Assembly: GCA_028534125.1 (NCBI GenBank)
Contig: CM052817.1
Coordinates: 77,502,001-77,566,000 of the forward strand
Direction of reading: 5' to 3'
Length of the DNA: 64,000 nt
Source: Lama glama
Lineage: Eukaryota
Shown: positions 1 through 41,703 of the stretch, piece by piece
How the letters are laid out: the number at the start of each line of letters is the position of its first letter
Numbering within the stretch: the first letter of the stretch is position 1
Made by a program: the position numbers and the translations under genes
Notes under the pieces: generated by a model
What the model saw: the letters and a program-made list of their open reading frames with translations, nothing else
Database searches by the model: none
What the model was told of the DNA's origin: nothing

Positions 1-2717
1 AATTGGAGTGTATTTATTAAGTTTATTTAAATTGTGTTCCCTTTGATCTGATCATTCTGTTTCCTGTGGTGTAGATTGTTTGCTTTGCTGCCTTTCTCTC
101 ATAGTGTTCACTCTGCAAGCGTCTGGTTATCTTTTTCCTGGGAGTAAAAAGTTATAAGCTAGTAATATTTACATGAAGAAAAGAATGAATGCAATGTGTT
201 TCTTCAGGTGATTTCAGGGAACAGAAGTGGGGATGTAAGGGCTTGATTTGGGGTAACGTGGCTCGAGAGTTTGTTCCAGCAAGAACTACTTGTTGGCCCT
301 GCCTAGAGGTGTGATCTTCTCCAGGTCCTGCTGTCCTCTGTTCTATTTGTGGAGGAAGGTGAGGATAGAACACACAGGAGCCTTGCAGGCCATCTGTACT
401 TGTTACCACTTTCCAAACTGGCTGTGCTCTGGTGCTTTCCTGATGTTATGATCTCCCTTACCCTCCAGATGGCACCGGGGTGGTAGCAGAGCTTTCCTGT
501 TTCACTGCATTGTGTGGGATGGGAATTCTCTGCCCAGAGCAATGTGAGGAATGGAAAAGGTCACGACTAGAAAGATCTCTCCCAGTCTGTGACACTTGGC
601 CCTCTCTCTCTTTTGGCTGCTGTTTCTCCCCAACTCTAGAAGCCAGTTACTTTTGGTATCCTTAATATTTCCCCTTTTGACTACCTGTTGCTTTTGTATA
701 ATCTCCAGAGTTGGCTTGAAGGAAGAGAATCAGAAACACATACTAGTTTGACATCTTGTGCAGGAACAGAAGCCACAATATTTTAAAATTATCTACTTGT
801 GCCTGTGCCCTTCACAGAACTAAATTCATTAAGGTAGAGATTGTTTCATATATGTTGGCAGAATTCATGGTAAAGACCTGGTACTTAGTTAAATAATTGT
901 TGAAAGAATATCATTTTAAAGGATTCTTCCACTAAAAACACAAATTTACTGCCAATACAGAGCTCCTTTAATGTTGTAAAATCTTACCTACATTTATTAA
1001 AAATTTGTGTGAAAGTTTTTAGGATCATGTAGAACATTTTAGAGGAAGTTACAATCCATAGAGTTAAAATAAAAAGAAGTGAACAACTAACATAATGTGG
1101 AGTTTTATAATTCTTGACACATTTAACCTCTGTTAAACAGGGCTGTTATTGTTGTCTCCATTTTATAGATGAAGCTGTGAATCAGAGATGACAAGAATTT
1201 ATATACCGAACAGCTTATTAGCGACAAGCTAATATGTATGGCTGGAAACAAAAGGCTTCTGACTTTAATTCTGTAGAGACTAATGCTTTTCTTCTTTATT
1301 CCTCATTGCTTTGCTGTCTTTGAACTGACTTGTGCCATTCTGTCTCTCTTTTTTTTTTATGCTGTGAAAATTAAACTCAATGACTTTAAACCCAGAGTTT
1401 AAATTTAAAGCCAAACTCCTTATATAGGGCTTTTAAGATCCTGCATGATCTCTCTCGCTTTCCCATCCTCCCTTTTCATCTGTTACCCTCTTAGTTCACA
1501 TTTCTCCTGCCGCACTGAGCTTCTTACTACCCTTCCAATTTGCTGTTTACTTCACTAGGTCGCATCTTCACTTCCCTTCAAATCTTTGTGCAAAGGTAAC
1601 CTTCTCAATTAGACTTTCCGTGACCATCCTATTTAAAAGGGGAAACCGTCTCCCATTATATGCACTTCTTATCCCCTTTCCTTGCATTGTTTTTCTGTTA
1701 GCACTCAGTGCATAACTCTTCTGGTATAGGATACAATATATTATTCATTTTATTATTGTCTGTCTTTCCTCATTAAAATGTCAGTTCTAGTGCCTGCACA
1801 GCACGTGGCTCAATAAATGTTGAATGAATGAATGCAGGAAGAATATTCAATTGATTAAGCTAAACTTTGTTAGTAATACTTGATTATTTTTAGTTAAGAA
1901 GTTGGACAGTTAGTCTTTTAGCCAGGAGCATGTATTCATGAATAATGTGGAAATTTACTTTAACTCACTAAGATACATTTATCAATGTAAGATTTCTTCT
2001 GAGTTTTAATGCATGTAAATTTATATAAAATGGGCTGACTTTCTTGGAGAAATGACATGATTCTGTGTAGGGTAACAATATAGTCTCTGTATATGCATTT
2101 GTTTTAATAAATAGAGTAATATACTATTGACAGCAAAGTTAGTATTATTCAAAATACTACCTGAGATCTAATTTATTTCTAGTTTTCTATAGAATAATTC
2201 CCTTATGAAACCATCATATGACCACTGAAATCTTGAGGTAGGAAGTGATTGATGTTACACTGAGATATTTAAAAAATTTTAAGGATGAACTATGTTTTTG
2301 TTTTCATATTTTAGAACATTATTGGTTCTAATCCCTTTATGATTATATATACAATATTTTAATTATGTATTCAATATTTGTGTTCAGATAGTAAAGCAGG
2401 AATTTTCTTGATTAGCCATTACTTTTATTTAAACATTTCTTTTCTTTCTTGTAGATTTGCTTTGAGGTCACATTGATATGAAATATGGAGTCACCTTTAA
2501 TAACTTCACCTGGGAAAGAGAGTCTTCTTATTAAAAAAACATAAGGAAAACAAATGACCAAAGGAATTATACCAAATGCCAGCTGTACATCTTTTTGTAT
2601 CATCTGTTTTTTAAACTATCAAGACAAATGACTTGTGTTTTACAGAATATGACTTGTTCATCGATGTTATTTTTAGCAGTTTTTAAAAAATGTTTTTCAT
2701 CTTAAACTATACAACTC

Positions 2718-2753
2718 CTACACTTGATCTTAGCCAAAAGGCCAAGAAGTGAT
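2718..2753 (-). pseudogene. 3'-truncated U2 snRNA retrocopy (U2 nt 1-36) with 17-bp TSD
   Basis: Reverse complement ATCACTTCTTGGCCTTTTGGCTAAGATCAAGTGTAG matches the U2 5' end with two CpG-type transitions; flanking direct repeat AAACTATACAACTCCTA at 2704-2720 and 2754-2770. Confidence 0.9.
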
Positions 2754-3027
2754 AAACTATACAACTCCTATCAAATTTAACACAAAGATTTTAAAATCTG
2801 TAAGGCCTTGTTTAATATAGCTTTTTTCTTTAGCTTTCAGAACATCAAAGCTTACGTACCCTATTTTTACTTGACAAAATCCTCAAAACTTTACAGTATC
2901 GAGAAAGATATGGACTTGGGAACTTACATTATTGTAATAGACTGCAACGAATTTAAGTGGAATTCAAGACGTCATCCATTTTATCATCAGAAGCATCACA
3001 TAAAGTTATAATTCTTAGCTTTAATGA

Positions 3028-34853
<31,826 letters not shown>

Positions 34854-37268
34854 ACAATGAAACCGGCAAGCTTACATTTATCAGAGACCGTTAACCATTA
34901 ATTGACTGACCAAACCTAGTGATATATGAAATTAAAAACCATGGCATTTTTAAAGTCATTAATCACTTTAACTTTCCATATAGCTATTTTATTTTTTTTG
35001 AAGATAAGCTTATTGGATATTTTAGAAATTCCCTCTCAATTGTCTTGGCATATCTCAAAAAAGAGAAAACCCTGCAAAAATGTCATTCATCGTATACTGC
35101 AGTTGAGTAGAACTGTAATTTATCTGCTTTATTTTCTGACTAGTAGACCCGTAAGTATTAAACCAGTACTCATATGTAGATTGGAAAACTCTGCTAAACT
35201 GAAAGGTATCAGGTGATAGTTTGTATAGTCAAAGCAGTATTGCTTTGTGAAGAAGCACTTTCTAATGGGTAGCCAAAAGAGGACTTCACCCATTTGCTTT
35301 CGACTTCTGTGATAGTCTACTACATATGGCCCCTTTAAGTGTCTTAAGAAAATGTTGACCCATGAAATTAATAGCATTTGGAAAAAAAGCCTTAATGATA
35401 AAGCAGTTTTTAAATTAAATTCTCAAGGTCACAAAAGACTTAACTTTGCTCCTAGAATTTTTGTTTTCAGAATGCCTAGTTAACATAAATTAGGCCTTTG
35501 TTATAGTATGCATTTATAAATATTATTTCAGCCATGTAAGCTAAAAATAATCACTTCACTTTGGTATATTTATTTATCTTGTTACATTTTTTTCTAATTT
35601 TATATGAAATGTGAAAGATTTTTATTTTGGTTTGGTTTACTTTGGGCCACTAATAACCAGTGTTAGGAATTAACCTAAGGCTCTCTGAATAAGAATATCA
35701 CTGTGATTGCCTAAATTTTCCTTGCTATAATCTTATCTGTTTATAGGTTGTCAGCCCACTTTAGTGATTTTCATATTCTTAAATTGAAAAATCTTTCTGG
35801 GTTTTCAGATTAAATTTCTGCCTTTCATATAGCAGATTTGATTTTAATGAAATGTATTACTTTGAGCATGCCTCCCTTTTTTCTAGTCTAAACCAATAGT
35901 AATTTTACTCCACCTACTTCCATGGAAAAGGCTTTCTTTTAAAAATAAAGGAATTTTCCAATATTATGATGACCTTACCAGTGAAAATAAGTACTTTAAT
36001 TGCCTTATTTCACAGTTGTCATTTAATTTTATACTAAGCTGGTAAACTAATTGTGGTTTAGAATAGTTTTATATTGTTCACTTATTATAGAAATAAAATT
36101 ATAGAATCATACAAATGAAATTTTCCTTACATTCATCAGTGGATAAGTTTTACAGATAAAATGTAATAATTCCACAAACTAGTAAATTTAATATTTTGAC
36201 CTAAATCGTTAAAATATTCCACAATGTAAATGATTAAAAATGAATAATTCTAGATAAGTAGAAAATAATTGCTTGTAGAAGTCTAAACTCACACACTTAT
36301 CAAGTCTTGGCCAAATTTTGTCTTCCACCTAGAGAAATTTTTAGTAACCTTTTCTAATTATAACAGTAGGTGATTATTACTGTATGTTCTCTTAATTTAG
36401 AAACACTTGAATATCAACTAAATAAAATTTTATCTTTAAGAAAGCTTATTTTTAACATAGTTTTTAATATGGAGGGCTTGTAAATGTTGTAAAGTTTGTA
36501 AAATTGTATTTGAAATGTCAGTGTATTTAATTACTACTTTTGTAACACTAAAATACTAGAAAAATGAGCTCCAAGTATTTTTAATAACTTTCAAAAACTT
36601 TGTGTACTTCATTTTTGGTTTATGTCCAGTTGAAAATGCATTATTTGAAACATTTAAACTAATTTCTGATACTTAACAGTAATATCACAGATTTGTATGA
36701 GAGTCAACTCAAAATTGAATTGTAAACATCAAATAGAAATGTCCAGTTTGGGCTCGTTTTTAAGTACTGTCCGGTTGAAACCTCCTGAATCATGTAATAG
36801 TATTAACAAACTAAAAACTGACCGTTTGTTTTCATGCTGATTCAACACTCCAAATATAGACTGAATATATATTTACTAAACTAATCACTCACATGTAAAG
36901 TTTTTTATTTCTAGGGTGCCTATTTATTTTTATGTATGTTTTCTTCTGGTTATAAGCTTATAATAACTTTTTAAATGATGCAACCAATAATTGTTGTAAT
37001 GTTCAAAATACTTCAAAGCATTTTCATGTGAAGTCAGTTTCTTCTGGTTCAGAATTTTGGGGGGGATAAACTGATTTTTAACTTAATATGGTGGGACTTT
37101 TCTTTGCATTCATGAACTGTGGCTTCCTCTTAATCCCTGTGAATTATTTTATGGGAAACTAAGTCAATTTAAGGTTCAGGGGTGAACTTGGAACATTGTT
37201 GATCATAAAATTTATCACAGGAGACTCCCAAGAGTTCAGCTCCAGCGAGGTCTAAAGGAGGGTTCCTA

Positions 37269-37608
37269 CAGGAGTTGGTAAACTTTCTGTAAAGAGCCAG
37301 AGTAGGTAATTTAGGGTTTGTGGACCATAGGGTCTCTGTAACAACTACTCAACTTTGCCACTATAGTGTGAAAGCAGCCATAACAACATTTACATTGCAA
37401 TATGCAAATGAATGGGGGCATGTCTGTTTTAGTAAATCTTGATCGCTCAGCATTGAAACTTGGATTTTATATCATTTTCACATCATGAAGTAGTCTTTTG
37501 ATTTTTTTTCTATCATTTTAAGAAGTAAAAATCATTCTTAGCTCACAGGCCTTATAAAGAGAGGCAGTGGGCCAGATACGGCCTATTGATGAAGTTTGAT
37601 GACCCTTG
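37269..37608 (+). mobile_element. MER58-type hAT MITE
   Basis: CAGGAGTTGGTAAACTTTCTGTAAAG...CAACTACTCAACT...GTTTGATGACCCTTG with imperfect TIRs. Confidence 0.75.
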
Positions 37609-37775
37609 CCCTACAGCATAATAACCTCTACATTAAATGCCCTTACTAAATATCCTGTAGTCTCTGAATGTATTCCCATGCCATTCAGGGTCCAGGTATA
37701 TGGAACCCTCTACATCCTAAAATTTTTAGGTATAACAAACCCCTAAAGACTACCTCACAATTGCTCATTAGCCAA

Positions 37776-39374
37776 TTTATTTTAAATGGTTATTAAAACA
37801 ATCATTTCACGTATCTGGATTTGTGAAATTTACAAAGGAATTTATCAGACTAAAATCACATTGATAGTACTTTTTAAATTTGTTTTTGTTATAGCAAGTT
37901 TGCCACCTCTTCTTGGTGTCCCGTTTATCCAGTTAAAAGCCTTCAAATGTGGGCACTTTACACAGTCACTGTCCTTGAGATGGTGCAATTCAGTGGTAGA
38001 CACAATTTCATCTGTAGGAGAGTCAAACTTCATACTGTCACCATTTTGTATACCACTTACAGTCATGTCACAACAGTAAGATCTCTCCGTATTCCCTGTA
38101 CTAGAAAATTTCAGAATATTCAATAGTTGTGGCTGTCACAGTAGGGTGATTTTAGGTTCAGAAAGGTAGTATGGATTAGAAATCTGTGTGTAACCTAACA
38201 CAATTTGTCAAAACAAAAGCAAATCAGACCAAATTCACCTGTCCAATAAACATTTATTGGACAAAATTATTAGCAAGCAGCACAAAAACAATCTGGTATC
38301 CTCAATAAAATTCAGTTCTGTTTCTCTAGATGCTTCAACCTTTGTATAAAAAGTTCCCTTCAGGCAGACTCAAGAATACTCTGAAGGCACAACTGTTAAC
38401 CTTACAGACCGCATTAGGCTAAAAATCCTTCAAAATCAATTTCGGATTTCACACCAACCCTAAATGCCATTCTAAAAAGTAGAGGATGTAGAGTTTACCA
38501 GATCTATGCTCTGTTTCTAAGGGAGGGGAATAGCCCTGAAATATTTAGGCAATTCCAATATATAAAATGTCACAAATTTCAAAGACAAGAGCCCATTTCT
38601 AACATCTGTTGGGTAACAGGAATAGCTTCTGAAGGGCTTATAATAGCTGCTTGGGGAGTATGAATCTTTCACATTAAATACTAGCTGATCACCCCTAGAA
38701 TGTAAATTCTTGTTAACATACTTAAGGCAAGACTTCTGCCTGTTTTGTTCTCTGCTGTTCCTGGCCCACAGTAAGTGCTCAAATATTTGCTGAATGAGTA
38801 AATATGCTGACTTTGCTGAAGTATTTAAGTTAAAGACACTTAAAAAACTTATGTTTTGGGCACAAACGTTCTTAATGCACTCACAATAATAAAAAACAGG
38901 TTTGAAACACACAGTCCTATTTTAGGGGGTTCAAGAGCTTAAAAAGGAAGTGAGGGGAAGCAATCAGGTAGAAGGACACACATCCTAGCCTTCCATTAGT
39001 GGATATATAATTTCTCTAAAATTGTACCAATCTGACAACCATAACAGAGGTCCACTTAATCTAAGAATTAAACTGAGTCTTAACAGCCAATATGTCGTGG
39101 GCCTGTGTTTTCTGTACAGCTTCTAACTCCTTTTTTCAAAATCCTTCCCTTGCTTTTGAATAATAAGTTTTAAGAACTTAGCTACGAGTGAGATCATTAC
39201 CCATTGGATATAGTCCTAGAGAGTAACAGAATGTGTAGAATGAAAGAGAGGTCCCTTAGAGTTTGAAATTCTTGTGGTGCACAATCCTATCTTCTTTGTT
39301 CAAGAAGTTTGTAGTCATTTTCAGAATCCACTCCAGGAGCCAAAATTCTTAATTTAGGTATCAGGCAAACCATT
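37776..39374 (-). other. C4orf3: C4orf3 exon 2 (last base of TGA plus 3' UTR); 3' end approximate
   Basis: Minus-strand acceptor ttttttacag|A at 39374; candidate AATAAA on the minus strand at 38253-38258 and 37776-37781. Confidence 0.7.
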
Positions 39375-40826
39375 CTGTAAAAAACAAGTATTTGTCAACA
39401 ATGTTTCCTCTTTTTTCTTCAAATTCTTTAAGTCAACTTCTAAAAATTTTGATCAGCGTAGTCACTCGCTTATTCTTAAATGACTTACATATTGATAAGA
39501 GTGAAAAAGGCTCTTCCAAAGCTTCAATTTTCTACCTAGAGCTGAAAATTCAGATTGAAAAAAAAAAAATCACCATACTTGAGTCTCTAGCAAAACCAAA
39601 CCAAACAAAACCAGGAGTAGTGTGTGAAAAGATTTTCCTTTACAAATGACAGAGGATTTTACAGAAATGTGCATCTCTTCCATTTGTCCCACTGAACCTT
39701 CTACCTTCTAATTTGCCACACCATCCAAAAAATCAAAGACAAAGGGGCCTCAGATACGATGAGCTCATGCTCATATCTTTGCCAAAACCTGCGGCTGAGG
39801 GTGAGGAAAGAACACATAATTCCCCATCAAGGAGGGCAAATTCATAAGCAAGATGAGTGAGAGAAGTTAAGGTGAGTAAACAATCAACTGCAAAAGAGCT
39901 GTTTCATGACTAAATAAGCTACATTGCGCCTTCTCCTCCAGCTCACTGCTTCTCTCCTGAACTTGTCCCTTACTATCATCTTAGTCCTGTGTCCTCCTTG
40001 TTTTGCTTCCCCCTCCCCATCCCCTAAGTTCCCTTCTTTTATCCTCTGCCAAAAACTGTCTTTTCAGATTGAGTGGCAATGAAAACGGAGAGCATGGATT
40101 GTTTTCCAAGTGGAACCTACAGAATTTTGTGACTTATGAGTTGGTGGTTTGGGGTGTGAGACTTGAGTATAAAAAGGAGGGGAAATCAGAAAGAATTCCA
40201 GGATTCTGGGAGAAGAACTGGGTGGATAAAGTTAACATTTACTGAAATGGGTCACTGAAAAATAAGTACCTTTGGGTAAGAAGTTAATTCAGTTCCGGAT
40301 CTGTTTGAGATAACCTGCGTGGCCTCTTTGTGGTCAAATTGTTGTACAGTAACAGCAGCTTTAGCTGAGCGCTTACTGCGGCCGGGCAATATGCAAATAA
40401 ACCGCTTTGAGATAAATTAATATCTTATTTGATCAGCACTGCAGCCCACCCCACCCGATTACCACTGCTTCCAAACGGTAAATAAGAAAGCTCCCAGAAG
40501 CCACATAACATCTCCAGTTTCTTCGTGGTAGCGCAGAAACTCAAATCCAGTTAGTTTCATTCCAAAACATAAAACATTATGATGCCAAGTTTTCTCCATC
40601 TCTCTCTCTACACCCTCAACTGAGGTGCCAAGGAAGGATATTTTCTCTCTAGTCTTCATTGCAACTCCCCCACCTACCAGACTCCGCCACTCACCAGCTA
40701 TAGGACTTTAGACAGACCCTACTCTCTGGAAGTCAGTTTCCTTGCCTCTCCCCACCCACCGCCCCAAATTCGGCTAGGTGGTTTCTAAGCCCCTTATCAC
40801 TTCAACGTTGCATTCAGAGTACTCAC

Positions 40827-41032
40827 CATGGCAAAAAATACATGAAGAAAAACACCACTAGGTCGAAGAGGATGAAGAGCCAGAGATCCAACCAGTAGGA
40901 CTGCTTTGGAAACTGGTTTGCCCCGGAACGAGCCCGCACTTGGTTCTGCTGCTGCCTCTCGGCTTCTCCCAAGCCTCGCCGCTCCCAGGGACCATTCCGA
41001 CCATCTCCCGCCGCCGCCGCGCCCCTTTCCAT
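40827..41032 (-). CDS. C4orf3: C4orf3 / another-regulin (ALN) micropeptide, 68 aa; exon 1 coding part plus the first 2 nt of the stop codon
   Basis: MERGAAAAGDGRNGPWERRG...SYWLDLWLFILFDLVVFFFMYFLP with a C-terminal TM helix; Kozak aagATGG; exon ends CCA TG|GTGAGT. Confidence 0.92.
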
Positions 41033-41310
41033 CTTGCACCAGTCGCCGGGCCACAGTCCGAGCAGCTGGAAAGCCTCAGCTCCCGCACTTCCGTGTTCAC
41101 CTCGCCGGAAACTGGGCAAACTACGACCGCACAGGCACACGCAGCTCCCCGCCCGGAAGTAGGCGCTGAGCCGCCCCTCCCACGGCGCAGGCGCGGCCGC
41201 CGCTCCGCTGTCTCCGTGACCGTAGGCCCGTAGCGCAGCCTCCACCCGGAAGCGGAGGAAGCGCGCCCGCCCACTCCGCCCTGCTGCGTCCAGGTGGGAA
41301 GCTAGTTGTT
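40900..41310. promoter_or_regulatory. CpG island / C4orf3 promoter with ETS(GABP)-type CCGGAAG motifs and GC boxes
   Basis: The only strongly CpG-rich stretch in the window; CCGGAAGT 41153-41160, CCGGAAGC 41246-41253, ACTTCCG ~41087, several CCGCCC. Confidence 0.8.
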
Positions 41311-41703
41311 CGGGTTTCACTAGAAGGAATGCTTTGTGGCAAGACTGGAAGTTACCGTCACGTCCCATTCTGGTCAGGTGATGGATTCCACTTTGGAACT
41401 GCCCCTGGTCACCTCTCCTTATCCCTGTATTATTCCTTTTGGATCCTTAACGCCATGGATTTAAAAGGGCCGCTCTGATGCGTTTTGTACTGTCCCTAGC
41501 TTGTTACAGTTATTTTATTTAATCCCTGAAACAGATGTAATCAGAGAGAGACATCATAATTATGAGCATCTGAGGGGGCTAGAGAGAAAAACGTGAGAAT
41601 TTTGTATATACCTCAAAGGAATGAATTTAAGAATAATACAAGGGTTTGTGCTTGTGAACCCCCGTGAGATTAGAATGTTAGCAGAAATAAAATGATTTAT
41701 CAC

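Noticed and set aside
40797..41342. Several overlapping ORFs on both strands in the CpG island
   Set aside because: Expected from stop-codon scarcity in GC-rich DNA; only the ALN frame has a recognisable product.
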